NCBI GenBank assembly: GCA_016929645.1
Contig: JAFGIK010000031.1
Span: 2,548-66,547, forward strand
DNA: 64,000 nt
Source: Candidatus Dojkabacteria bacterium
GTDB lineage: Bacteria > Patescibacteriota > Dojkabacteria > SC72 > JAFGCJ01
Direction: 5' to 3'
The notes below the pieces were generated by a model. It was not told the DNA's origin. It worked only from the letters and a program-made list of their open reading frames with translations, and ran no database searches. The position numbers and the translations under genes were made by a program. Shown here piece after piece: positions 7,735 through 17,862 of this stretch (position 1 is its first letter; every line of letters begins with the position of its first letter).

Positions 7735-10176
7735 ATGAAAAAGAAAAATTTGAACAAAGCTAAAATCCAAAACAAAAGTAAATCAAACAATAATCAAGAC
7801 AAGCTGTCAACCAAAAATAAAGCTGAAAAGAAACAGACTTCAAAACAACAGACAATAAGGATACCCAAACCTGATTTTAGTTTTGTTTCGTCAATTTTAA
7901 GTAAATTGAAACTTGGAAAAATATCAAATTCGGCAAAAATCATTTTTGAAATTGTTAGGAAAGAATTAACTGCACAATTTTCCAACCCTGCAATTTACGT
8001 TGTAATCGCCGTTTGTTTAGTTGTACTTGAATTCTTCTTTTTTTATTCATTAATGCAGACTCGGCTTGTTGATCTTAGACCCTTACTCGATAATATTCCA
8101 TGGTTGTTTATTGTCTTGATTCCAGCCGTGACAATGTCCACCCTATCCCAAGAAAATATTGACGGAACAATAGAATTCTATTTAACACAGCCAATAACTG
8201 AAGTCCAACTCCTCATAGGTAAATACCTTTCAAATTTGATTATCGTAGCATTAGCAGTTCTATCAACAGTTCCATCTGCACTATCGCTTTCAATATTTGG
8301 AAAACTAGATTGGGGTCAAGTAATCGGTCAATATCTTGCAATATTAGTCCTTGCATCAACAATTACAGCAATTGGCACCTTTGTATCATCCATAATTAAA
8401 AATCAAATAGGAGCATTACTAGTATCAATGCTCATTACAACTGCATTGATACTCATGGGAACTTCAATGATAACAGAGACCGTACCTCTTGAAATGGGAC
8501 AAGTTCTCGAAAGAATAAGCATCTATACACATTACCAATCACTAAGTAGGGGAATTATTGATTTCAAATCGTTTATTTATCTTATATCTCTGGGTGTAGC
8601 ATTTTTAATCGCTGCATATCTACCTTTTGTGCGAAATAAATACAGTACAGGTACAAAGGAATTTAAGAACTTACGCCTTGGAATATCACTCTCTGTCATA
8701 CTTGTTTTATGTGTTGCAGTTATCGGTCAATTCATCCCTGGTAGAATTGACCTTACGCAAAGTAAAAAATACTCATTATCTCAATCCACCAAAGACATTA
8801 TCTCAAACGCAGATGACATAATTAATATAACAGTATACGCATCTTCAAAAGTTCCAGCTCAATTTCAAAGTCAATATCGAGAGGTTAGAGATATGCTTAA
8901 TGATTATGAAAACTACTCTAACGGGAAAGTAAATGTCACTTACAAATACCCAGATAAAGATTCAGACGTAGAAACAGAAGCACTGGAAAAAGGCATTACT
9001 CAAGTCGAATACAATGTTATGACAAATGATGAGATATCAGTAAAGAAAGGATATCTTGGCATATTAATTTCATACGTTGATGAAACTGAAGTAATTCCGT
9101 TCATCCAGGATACATCTTCTCTCGAATATGACCTTACAAGCAAAATACTTCAACTCACCAGTAATGATCAAAAGATCGTTGCTTTTATCGAAGACAAATC
9201 AACACATTCACCTTATTATGATTACACATTATTTAAAAATCTATTGGATGGAGAGTATGAAGTAACAACTATAAACATTTCAGGGCAGACAGGGGAGGAT
9301 ACAGAAACTTCAAATCCAATCCAAATACCAGAAGATATAGATGCAATAATACTTGCTGGGACAACAAGTGAATTTACCGAAGAAGAAAAACAGGTTATTT
9401 TTGACTATCTAGATCAAGGTGGATCAATGTTAGCACTAATTGACCCTGTGACAGTCAATCAGCAAAGCATAACTGCAACACTAAACGAAAACAGTCAGTA
9501 TGATTTTTTCGAAGATTATGGGATTGAAGTAGAGCAAAATCTTGTTTACGACTTAGAATATAATGAGATCGTAACATTCTCAAGCGGAGATCAACCTTAT
9601 ATATTTTATTATCCATTTTGGACAATAGCATTACCATCAAAAGATTCTCCAATTACTTCAAGTTTATCTTCAATAACAACAAGATGGCCTAGCAGTATTA
9701 AAATAACAGATACAGATAATGTTGAAGTGACACCATTGCTCAAGACATCAGCTAGTTCTTATTACCAGACTGATGTATATTCAATAACACCAGACGTTAC
9801 GCCATCCCCAACAGAAGACCAAATGCAAGAGTTGACACTGGCAGTAAGTGTAACAAAAAAAGTTGACAACAAGACACAGCGCATTGTCGTCATAGGTAAC
9901 TCAGAAATCCTTTCCGACACCACAGTACAGGCAAATCAGGATAACCTACAACTCGGTGTAAACACTGTTGATTGGTTATCATCAAATTCAAAATTAGCAG
10001 AAATAAGACAAAAGAATACATCTGCCTCACCGTTACTCTTCACGGCTGATTGGCAAGCAAATATTCTCAGATATGGCAATATCATAGGAATCGCAGTAAT
10101 AATTCTTTCAGTAGGAACGGTTGTTGTGATAACAAGAAATCAAAAAACAAAAAAGAAATATAAACAGGAATTGTAA
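7735..10176 (+). CDS. Fused ABC-2 permease (GldF-like) and GldG-like auxiliary domain
   Basis: TM permease (IPAVTMSTLSQENIDGTIEFYLTQP, LIGKYL, RGIID), then RIDLTQSKKYSLSQST, LEYDLTSKI, and a C-terminal TM. Confidence 0.85.
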   Translation: MKKKNLNKAKIQNKSKSNNNQDKLSTKNKAEKKQTSKQQTIRIPKPDFSFVSSILSKLKLGKISNSAKIIFEIVRKELTAQFSNPAIYVVIAVCLVVLEFFFFYSLMQTRLVDLRPLLDNIPWLFIVLIPAVTMSTLSQENIDGTIEFYLTQPITEVQLLIGKYLSNLIIVALAVLSTVPSALSLSIFGKLDWGQVIGQYLAILVLASTITAIGTFVSSIIKNQIGALLVSMLITTALILMGTSMITETVPLEMGQVLERISIYTHYQSLSRGIIDFKSFIYLISLGVAFLIAAYLPFVRNKYSTGTKEFKNLRLGISLSVILVLCVAVIGQFIPGRIDLTQSKKYSLSQSTKDIISNADDIINITVYASSKVPAQFQSQYREVRDMLNDYENYSNGKVNVTYKYPDKDSDVETEALEKGITQVEYNVMTNDEISVKKGYLGILISYVDETEVIPFIQDTSSLEYDLTSKILQLTSNDQKIVAFIEDKSTHSPYYDYTLFKNLLDGEYEVTTINISGQTGEDTETSNPIQIPEDIDAIILAGTTSEFTEEEKQVIFDYLDQGGSMLALIDPVTVNQQSITATLNENSQYDFFEDYGIEVEQNLVYDLEYNEIVTFSSGDQPYIFYYPFWTIALPSKDSPITSSLSSITTRWPSSIKITDTDNVEVTPLLKTSASSYYQTDVYSITPDVTPSPTEDQMQELTLAVSVTKKVDNKTQRIVVIGNSEILSDTTVQANQDNLQLGVNTVDWLSSNSKLAEIRQKNTSASPLLFTADWQANILRYGNIIGIAVIILSVGTVVVITRNQKTKKKYKQEL

Positions 10177-10820
10177 TGAAAGATAAATCTATAGCAAATC
10201 TTCTTCTGGCAATAATAATCTCACTAGGAATAATTTTTTCGATAGTCGTTATTGTTCAGAACAAGAAAGATAACACTCCGAAAATTGATAATCCATTTGA
10301 GTTTGAGAATATTACAAAAGAAAACGTTACTAAAATAGAAATAATCACACCGGAGTGGGTTACACAGGAACAACAAGCCGCAGGACAGACAATAAATGAA
10401 GAACTTGATAATAATGACTCCCAAAATTTCAATAAAATTACCTTGGAAAACAAAGATGGAGTGTGGACACTCGATAATCAAAAAGCAAATAATTCAAATA
10501 TCTCTAGTTTTATTGAAATCTCAAACCAGGCAACTGTACAAGATATAGTTTCTACAAATAAAGATAATCATTCAAAATTCTGGGTAGATGAGGATACGGG
10601 CATTTTGGTAAAGTATTTTGATAAGAATGGAGATATAATTGATTCCTTTTACGTCGGAAAAACAGCAAGCACAAACTCATGCTACATAAGAAAAGACGGG
10701 GATAACCGAGTTTACAAAGTATCAAAGAACCTTACATATTATGCGACTCTTGGATATGATTATTGGATTGATATTCCAGAAGAAAACAGTATTGAAGATC
10801 AGTCAATCTCAGAAGAATAA
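10176..10820 (+). CDS. DUF4340-like membrane-anchored protein of the Gld-type ABC operon
   Basis: N-terminal TM, ITLENKDGVW, FYVGK...CYIRKDGDNRVY; start overlaps the upstream stop. Confidence 0.7.
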   Translation: MKDKSIANLLLAIIISLGIIFSIVVIVQNKKDNTPKIDNPFEFENITKENVTKIEIITPEWVTQEQQAAGQTINEELDNNDSQNFNKITLENKDGVWTLDNQKANNSNISSFIEISNQATVQDIVSTNKDNHSKFWVDEDTGILVKYFDKNGDIIDSFYVGKTASTNSCYIRKDGDNRVYKVSKNLTYYATLGYDYWIDIPEENSIEDQSISEE

Positions 10821-10935
10821 TAAAAATAGAACATAAATATACGGAAAGAATAATACCAAACATTAAGATAGATAGAGAAATCAACACAAATTGATATTTA
10901 TCATCATTAATATATAATGAATTTTCAAATAAGTT

Positions 10936-11895
10936 ATGAATTTGAAACTAATGCCTGAGAATAACACCATCTTCGACTGCATTGTGATAGGAACAGGTAT
11001 GGCTGGATATACAGCCTCGATATATTTATCCAGATACAAAGTGACCAACTTGATTATTGGAAATGTTGTTGGTGGACAAGCTTCAGAAGCTCATAAAATT
11101 GAGAACTATCCAGGAATAAGATCAATATCAGGCTTTGAACTAGCCCAAAAGTTCAATGACCATGCAAAAGATTTAGGTGCAGAAATTCAACTAGATACAG
11201 TAACGAAAGTAGCTAAACTAGACAAATTATATGAAGTTAGCACAGCGTCAGGGAAGCGCTTTTATTCAAAAACTCTATTGATTACAACAGGCAAGAAAAG
11301 GAGAAAACTAGGATTAAAAGAAGAGGATAAGTTCATGGGTAAAGGACTGACATACTGCACCACGTGCGACGGACCTTTTTACAAAGACAAAGTAGTCGCA
11401 GTTATTGGTGGTTCAGACGCAGCAAATTCATCAAGTATATACCTTTCAGAAATCGCCCAAAAAGTATATCAAATATATAGAGGAGAAAAGCTGAGGGGAG
11501 AACAGGCTTGGATTGATCAAGTTCACAAAGCGAAAAATATTGAAGTATTGTTTAATACAAATGTAATCGCAATTAATGGTAGAGATAAACTAGAATCAAT
11601 TGACATTGATGCCAAGTTTAACTCGAGCAACAACATTGTTGTTGATGGTTTATTCATTGAAATTGGGGCTATCCCAGATCCAACAATACCAAAACAGCTA
11701 AACATCAAACTGGATGACGAAGATTACATAGTGGTAGATCAGACCCAAGCAACGTCCACTGAGGGAATCTGGGCTGCAGGTGATATTACAACAGCATCCA
11801 ATAAATATGCCCAGATCGTAACAGCAGCAGGAGAAGCAGCCCTAGCAGCAAGAAGCATTTTTGAATATTTGCAAAAGATAACCATTGATAAATAA
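10936..11895 (+). CDS. trxB: Thioredoxin reductase (FAD/NADPH-dependent disulfide reductase)
   Basis: IENYPG, GLTYCTTCDG (CxxC), VAVIGGSDAA, GLFIEIG, GIWAAGD. Confidence 0.88.
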   Translation: MNLKLMPENNTIFDCIVIGTGMAGYTASIYLSRYKVTNLIIGNVVGGQASEAHKIENYPGIRSISGFELAQKFNDHAKDLGAEIQLDTVTKVAKLDKLYEVSTASGKRFYSKTLLITTGKKRRKLGLKEEDKFMGKGLTYCTTCDGPFYKDKVVAVIGGSDAANSSSIYLSEIAQKVYQIYRGEKLRGEQAWIDQVHKAKNIEVLFNTNVIAINGRDKLESIDIDAKFNSSNNIVVDGLFIEIGAIPDPTIPKQLNIKLDDEDYIVVDQTQATSTEGIWAAGDITTASNKYAQIVTAAGEAALAARSIFEYLQKITIDK

Positions 11896-11981
11896 CAAGA
11901 AACAATATATCTTATGAGAAACAGATATATCTATTTCATTTTGGTGAGAAACTCTAAAGGACCAACATTTTCATAAAAATA

Positions 11982-13733
11982 ATGTCAAAAGAAAATTCAT
12001 CTATCAAACTAGTATATAAGGCAGTCAAAGAAGTTATTTCCGCAAATAAATTTGAGGGGATTTTATACCCAGTTTTAACAAACATCAGATCTCTATTGGA
12101 TATCTGTAAGATTTTGGTGATGGGTAAACTCCTTGATTCCATAACAAACTTCATATTAAACACAAAAGATCATAGCCTCAAATCAATAATTAGCTCAGAA
12201 ATCGGCAAAATATTCATAATAATAATTTTCATAGAATTCGTATCAACAGCGATCACAAAATTCAACGAATATTTTCAACAACATCTTTATGACAAGTTTA
12301 TTCAGAAATATAAAGTAAAATGCATAAAGAAATTTGCGCAACTAAATCTCCAGGATGTGGAACAAACTAAATTTCAAAATCTAGTACAATCCAGAGTTCC
12401 CAATTACTCATTGGACACAATTTGGGATACATACTTAAAGGTTACAGATATACTTTACCAATCAATACGATTAGTCAGTTCAGCTATTGTCATTGTCACT
12501 CAAATGTCAATTTGGGGCCTAGTAATTGCGTTATTTGTCATACCCGAAGCAATATTCAGATTCAATGAGAATCAAAAGATAAAAGAATACAGGGATAAGA
12601 ACACTGAAAAAAGAAAGTTCATTGACTACTTATCAAGACAGGCAACAGACATTGCAAACTTCGCAGAGTTAAGAGTCGATAACGGGTTCAAATTCTTTCA
12701 TAAATCTTTTGAAAGAGAATCTTCGTCTTTTATCCGAGAAGAAACCAAACTTAATAAGGAAGGACAAATTGTTTCCTTTGTATGGAGCTGGATTGGAAGC
12801 TCACTCAGGCGTCTCGCTCAGCTAGCTCTTGTTCCAATAGCGATTATTGATAAGTACTCGATAGGTACATTCAAATACCTTTTTGATTACATCGATAATC
12901 TTTACGGGGCGTCTTGGAATGTTATCTGGCAAATATTAATGCTAAAAAATAATACACTGTATATTAAAGATTATTTTGATCTAATGGAATACCAGGGGTT
13001 TGGCGACGTTTTTTCTGGCTCACAACAATTAAATAATATGGATACACCCAAAATTGAATTCAAAAATGTTAGTTTTAAATATCCAAATAGCAGCGCTTCC
13101 GCCATCGAAGATATTTCTTTTATAATCAACCCAGGTGAAAAAGTCGCAGTAATTGGTCATGACAACTCAGGGAAAAGTACATTATCCAAACTTCTATGTG
13201 GACTATATCAGATTGGCCCTGGAGACATTTTTATCGATGATATTTCCATAAAAAATCTTGAACGAGGCGAATTAAAAGAAAAGCTCGCTATGGTTTTTGA
13301 AAACTATGTTAAATACACGTTCAGCATTAGAAAAAATATTGTTCTTACCGAACCAGAAAGACTATTTAATAGACGATTGTACGAGGAAGCATTAGAAATT
13401 ACAGGCCTTGATGATTGGTTAAAAGAATATGGGATGAAGGATTCTCAAGTGCTTGGCAAATTGTTCAGCAACGGTATGGATATTTCATCAGGACACTGGC
13501 AAAGAATTGCAATTGCACGAGCAATCTATCATGACAGATCTGTACTAATTTTTGATGAGAGTTTAACTCAGATTGACAGTTTTTCAAGAAGACCAATACT
13601 TGAGAAAACCATTAAGCATAGACCTAAACAAACATTCATCAACATTACTCAAGATGAATCGGATAGTGACCTATTTGACAAGATAATTTACATTAATAAA
13701 GGAAAGCTTGATAACATTTTAATAAAAGATTAA
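11982..13733 (+). CDS. ABC exporter, fused permease and ATPase with degenerate motifs
   Basis: TM domain, then IEFKNVSFKYP, Walker A GHDNSGKST, signature ISSGHWQR, Walker B LIFDES; H-loop His replaced (INITQD). Confidence 0.85.
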   Translation: MSKENSSIKLVYKAVKEVISANKFEGILYPVLTNIRSLLDICKILVMGKLLDSITNFILNTKDHSLKSIISSEIGKIFIIIIFIEFVSTAITKFNEYFQQHLYDKFIQKYKVKCIKKFAQLNLQDVEQTKFQNLVQSRVPNYSLDTIWDTYLKVTDILYQSIRLVSSAIVIVTQMSIWGLVIALFVIPEAIFRFNENQKIKEYRDKNTEKRKFIDYLSRQATDIANFAELRVDNGFKFFHKSFERESSSFIREETKLNKEGQIVSFVWSWIGSSLRRLAQLALVPIAIIDKYSIGTFKYLFDYIDNLYGASWNVIWQILMLKNNTLYIKDYFDLMEYQGFGDVFSGSQQLNNMDTPKIEFKNVSFKYPNSSASAIEDISFIINPGEKVAVIGHDNSGKSTLSKLLCGLYQIGPGDIFIDDISIKNLERGELKEKLAMVFENYVKYTFSIRKNIVLTEPERLFNRRLYEEALEITGLDDWLKEYGMKDSQVLGKLFSNGMDISSGHWQRIAIARAIYHDRSVLIFDESLTQIDSFSRRPILEKTIKHRPKQTFINITQDESDSDLFDKIIYINKGKLDNILIKD

Positions 13734-13817
13734 GATTTAGTGCTAAAAATTCATTAAGAATGGAGATTCGAAAAAGTATTTTTTAATTAAAATTTCACAA
13801 AATAAAAAGAAATATAT

Positions 13818-14495
13818 ATGGAAAATGTCACCTTTATTACACTAGTCACAGCCGCTATTGCAGATTCAATAAACCCTTGTGCGATAGGAGTTTTGGTTTT
13901 CATGATAACGTTTCTTGCAAATCTGAAAGTCCCAAAGAAGAAAATGCTGGCAATAGGATTCACATATATTCTTATGGTTTTTGTATCGTATTATCTTGCG
14001 GGAATTGGAATCCTAAATATCATTACTAAAATACCATTTTTAGACATAATTTATAAAATCCTTGGCGGTATAGTATTAATTGCTGGAGTTATTGATATAT
14101 ACGATGGGATTAGAAATTCACAAAAACCGTTACTTGCAATACCAAGGGCAGCATCACCACATATTAAAAATTACATAAGAAAAGCAACCATCCCTGCAGC
14201 AATAGCCTTAGGTGCAATTGTTGCACTTTTTGAACTACCATGTTCAGGTTTTGTTTACTTTGCAATCCTTGGAATGATGTCAAAATCACAAATGCAAGTG
14301 AAAGGATACCTATATTTAGCAATCTATAACTTTATTTTTGTATTACCACTAATAATAATCTTGCTTCTTTCTACATTTGGATTATCTTCAGAAAAAGTTC
14401 AGGCTTGGAAAAACAACAATAAGGGTTTGATGCGCATAATAATCGGATTTGCTATGGTACTCCTTGGAGTATTAATGATTTCTGATATAGTATAG
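13818..14495 (+). CDS. CcdA/DsbD-like transmembrane electron transporter
   Basis: About six TM helices with DSINPCAI and FELPCSG cysteines and YLAIYNFIFVLPL. Confidence 0.8.
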   Translation: MENVTFITLVTAAIADSINPCAIGVLVFMITFLANLKVPKKKMLAIGFTYILMVFVSYYLAGIGILNIITKIPFLDIIYKILGGIVLIAGVIDIYDGIRNSQKPLLAIPRAASPHIKNYIRKATIPAAIALGAIVALFELPCSGFVYFAILGMMSKSQMQVKGYLYLAIYNFIFVLPLIIILLLSTFGLSSEKVQAWKNNNKGLMRIIIGFAMVLLGVLMISDIV

Positions 14496-14531
14496 GTTAA
14501 ATTAATATTATAATTATAACACAATCGTATC

Positions 14532-14732
14532 ATGAGCGAGATCGAAACAGATGGCCAAAATACAGAAAAAGCTTTAATTGGAGATATCTTTTCCTGTTCA
14601 ATTTGCGGACAGGAAGTCACTATTATAAAAGAAGGGTTTGGAAAATTAACCTGCTGTGGAAAACCGATGAATATCATAAAGGAGGAAGAGTTTATCGACG
14701 AGGACGAAGAAAATGAGGAAGCAGAGGAGTAA
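14532..14732 (+). CDS. Desulforedoxin/desulfoferrodoxin N-terminal-type Fe(Cys)4 protein with an acidic tail
   Basis: FSCSICGQEV...GKLTCCGKPM. Confidence 0.8.
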   Translation: MSEIETDGQNTEKALIGDIFSCSICGQEVTIIKEGFGKLTCCGKPMNIIKEEEFIDEDEENEEAEE

Positions 14733-14773
14733 CCTCAAATCAAATACATAAATCATATTATTAACTTAAAACA

Positions 14774-15364
14774 ATGAGATTATTACTCCACTGTTGTTGT
14801 GCTGAATGCACATTCAAAGCAATAGAATCCTTAAAAGGCAACAAAAAAATTTCAGAAGTTGAACTATTCTTTTCAAACAGCAATATACACCCAAGAACAG
14901 AATATCTCGCAAGACTTGAAGCCGCAAAATTTATTGCAAACAAGTTTAATTTAAAACTAAATATTGAAGACTGGAGCCCTAAAGACTGGTTTCGTAATGT
15001 CATTAATAAAAAGGATACTCAATTAAAAGATACTTCAAGATGTGAAAAATGTTGGAATTATAGGCTCACAAGATCATTTGAATATGCAACATCAAAAAAT
15101 TTTAGCCTATTCTCTACAACACTGCTAACAAGTCATTATCAAAATGAGGATCAGATTAATAAGATAGGAAGAGATTTAAGCCAAAATCTGCAAGAAAACA
15201 ATAAGAAAACAGTGGAGTTTTTAAAATTACCTAAATTTGAAGACCAAATCACTACCACTGGATTCTACAAACAAAATTATTGTGGATGTATATACTCATT
15301 AAAAGATAGATTTGAGGAGAAGTTCAAATTAAGTACAAATTTCAATTTTAAATATAAAGTATAG
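14774..15364 (+). CDS. queH: Epoxyqueuosine reductase QueH (DUF208)
   Basis: LLLHCCCAEC, NSNIHP.TEYLAR, RCEKCW.YRL, FSTTLL.S, YKQNYCGCIYS. Confidence 0.85.
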   Translation: MRLLLHCCCAECTFKAIESLKGNKKISEVELFFSNSNIHPRTEYLARLEAAKFIANKFNLKLNIEDWSPKDWFRNVINKKDTQLKDTSRCEKCWNYRLTRSFEYATSKNFSLFSTTLLTSHYQNEDQINKIGRDLSQNLQENNKKTVEFLKLPKFEDQITTTGFYKQNYCGCIYSLKDRFEEKFKLSTNFNFKYKV

Positions 15365-15525
15365 CCTGCATAATAGACGTTTAAAACACACCAAAATATT
15401 GTTGAGTAATCTCATGTTTCGTTATTAAGCCAAAACGCATAATCCTCGTACGAAAGGATCATCAATACTGCAAATTGAGTTATTAAATAGTCACAAAAAG
15501 TTCACATACATAAATACATTCAGAT

Positions 15526-16800
15526 CTATTCACGAGGTTCTTTATGTTTAAAAAAACAAAGTTCACGAATAATAAATGCTCCAAACATAAAAATAAATAA
15601 TACTGCATATGTTATAGATTGATTAAAAACAGCATTATCCAGTGTGACATTGTTAAAAGTGAATAACAGGAAATGTAATAAAAAGATTGCTCCCAAAATA
15701 AAGAAATGATACATATCTTTTCTGGCAATTAAAAATTGAACCAATAAATATACAGATGAGTAAAGAGAAACAACAAAACTAAATACAATAACATATTTGG
15801 AAACTTCATCATATAATCCTTTAAACATCAATCTAACCATTTCCTCCTTAAAGAATATAAACATCAAACACAAACCAAATCCCAAAACTAAGTTCAGAGC
15901 GACAGAAAAGAAAAGTAGCTGCAATTTTTTATTCCTATTAGCTCTTTTTGACAAATTAGCAAACAATACAGATGCAAACGTTGTTGAACCAAAAAAAATT
16001 ATCTTAGCAATGAGAGTTAATGCTGAATATGATGATTTTATATTCTCATTTACATAAACGACATCCAGAGTAAAAAAAGAATTAATTAAGAATAAGGAGA
16101 TAAAGGTATATAGAAAATCATTAAGATTTAAATTTAGACCGATTGGTTCCTGTTTATTCTTATCAAATTTAACCGTAGGTAAGAAAAGAATTGATGTAAT
16201 AATCATAGGAATACCGTAAGCAACAATAGCAAGATCAGGAGAATCGCTGACTTTCACCAGGACAATACCTAAAAGAAACTTCAAAATCGTTTCAGAAAAA
16301 AAAAGAATATTCACAAGTTTTAGTTTTTGCAATCCTTGCAGAAAACCTTTAGTAACAGGAGAAATTATAGAAGCAAACAATACTAGGCTCAAAATCCAGA
16401 TATTTGAAACGTTTAGTCCTTTCAGAAAATAAATCATCACAAGAACCGGAGACAAAAAAATAATCAAAATACTCAAAGCTACAGCCAAAATATAAAAGAA
16501 CCTAACATACTTGATTTTGAAGGAAGACAAATTATACTGCAGGTTATATGCGACTTTCTTTGTAATAACCATAGAAATTGTACTTGCAGGAATTTGAATT
16601 AGGTATACAAGATTAATCATTGTACTGAAAACACCAAAGGATTCTCTAGATAAATTCTGAACAACGACAATATTGAAAAAATAATTTATAACACCAGATA
16701 AAAGATTTAATCCAGAAGAAAAAAACAAGTCAGTAATAAACTTAATTGATATGTTCCTAGATAAACTTTTTAATGTTTTGGGTGTGATAGATTTATTCAT
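15526..16800 (-). CDS. Wzx-like oligosaccharide flippase (MOP superfamily)
   Basis: About 12 TM helices, INYFFNIVVVQNLSRESFG, KGFLQGLQK; divergent from the glycosyltransferase cluster; ATG start preferred at 16800. Confidence 0.8.
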   Translation of the reverse strand: MNKSITPKTLKSLSRNISIKFITDLFFSSGLNLLSGVINYFFNIVVVQNLSRESFGVFSTMINLVYLIQIPASTISMVITKKVAYNLQYNLSSFKIKYVRFFYILAVALSILIIFLSPVLVMIYFLKGLNVSNIWILSLVLFASIISPVTKGFLQGLQKLKLVNILFFSETILKFLLGIVLVKVSDSPDLAIVAYGIPMIITSILFLPTVKFDKNKQEPIGLNLNLNDFLYTFISLFLINSFFTLDVVYVNENIKSSYSALTLIAKIIFFGSTTFASVLFANLSKRANRNKKLQLLFFSVALNLVLGFGLCLMFIFFKEEMVRLMFKGLYDEVSKYVIVFSFVVSLYSSVYLLVQFLIARKDMYHFFILGAIFLLHFLLFTFNNVTLDNAVFNQSITYAVLFIFMFGAFIIRELCFFKHKEPRE

Positions 16801-16905
16801 AAGTATAAGAAATACAAAAAAGGCCTTTACCAAAAAAATAATATATAGTAAAATATCGTTTAGAAAATTGTCATTAATTTTACATTAAATTAATAAACAT
16901 TAAAA

Positions 16906-17742
16906 ATGAACAAAGGAATTAAAAGACTTATTGCTTCTTTGATAACCTTCGTTGTAGCTGGATCATATTTTGTTACACCAGTCGCAGCAGTTACAAATGG
17001 ACAACCATTGCCACCAAACAATGGTAATCCAGGAGCTGGTAACCAAGGAGGAGATGATGGAGAAGTTTTAGGTGCAGAGACAGAACTCAAACCAGATGCA
17101 AATGGAGTATTCTCTATTGACGCAAAAGCTGGCAATATATTTATCCTTGATGGTAGCAAAGGTGGACTTTGCAAAAGCTTTTACAACTTGAAGCTCGAAT
17201 TTAAGAATGATGCCGAAGGTAAAGTATATGTAATATCAAAGGTATCAGAAGACTTAGAAAAAGTTCCAAATGAAAAACCAACAGAAAATTTAGATAATAT
17301 TTATGATGTTTGTGAGATCAAAATTGAAGGTTTTGATGACAATGATTTAAGTGAAAAAGTACTTAAAACTATTGTCGCAGACGAATGGATGACAGATAGA
17401 GATTTAGCAAATTATGATTTGAGATTTTTCTATTCAGATACTTTGGCTGATTGGAATAATGATACATTGACAAGCGATAACACAGTAACAATTGACAATA
17501 TTAAATATAGAAGATATGAAGTTGATGTCGAAGAGCTTTCAACAAATTATTCAATAGCAGAGAAGAACACAGAAACTCAGGAAGAAGAGGAACCAGAGGA
17601 AGAAAATAATACAGAGAAAGATGAAACAAAAGAAAAAGAAGGTTCAAACTTCCTCACAATATTCTTAGTTATACTTGCAGTGTTAGTAGCATTAGTAGTT
17701 GGTGGGTTAATCTTCTTCTCAGGAAGCAAGAGCAAGGAATAA
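16906..17742 (+). CDS. Exported acidic surface protein with a PGF-pre-PGF-like domain and C-terminal membrane anchor
   Basis: Signal peptide, P/N/G linker, GEVLGAE motif, domain with the pattern IVADEW...LRFFY...W...YEVDVEELSTNYSI, Glu-rich linker, TM, short tail. Confidence 0.6.
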   Translation: MNKGIKRLIASLITFVVAGSYFVTPVAAVTNGQPLPPNNGNPGAGNQGGDDGEVLGAETELKPDANGVFSIDAKAGNIFILDGSKGGLCKSFYNLKLEFKNDAEGKVYVISKVSEDLEKVPNEKPTENLDNIYDVCEIKIEGFDDNDLSEKVLKTIVADEWMTDRDLANYDLRFFYSDTLADWNNDTLTSDNTVTIDNIKYRRYEVDVEELSTNYSIAEKNTETQEEEEPEEENNTEKDETKEKEGSNFLTIFLVILAVLVALVVGGLIFFSGSKSKE

Positions 17743-17783
17743 TTTATAGCTTTTTAGATCAAGATCACTAAATTTGTAAAAAG

Positions 17784-17817
17784 AAGGGAGAATATCGATA
17801 GATATTCTCCCTTTTCT
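17784..17817 (+). terminator. Rho-independent terminator-like hairpin
   Basis: 13-bp perfect stem AAGGGAGAATATC / GATATTCTCCCTT, loop GATA, T-rich 3' end. Confidence 0.75.
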
Positions 17818-17862
17818 AGGATAAAAATAGCCCCGATACAAGTAACTTTTTTTTGATACTCA

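Noticed and set aside
6806-10820. Gld-like genes as evidence of gliding motility
   Set aside because: GldA/F/G-type ABC systems are widespread outside gliding bacteria, and no gldJ-N or T9SS genes are present.
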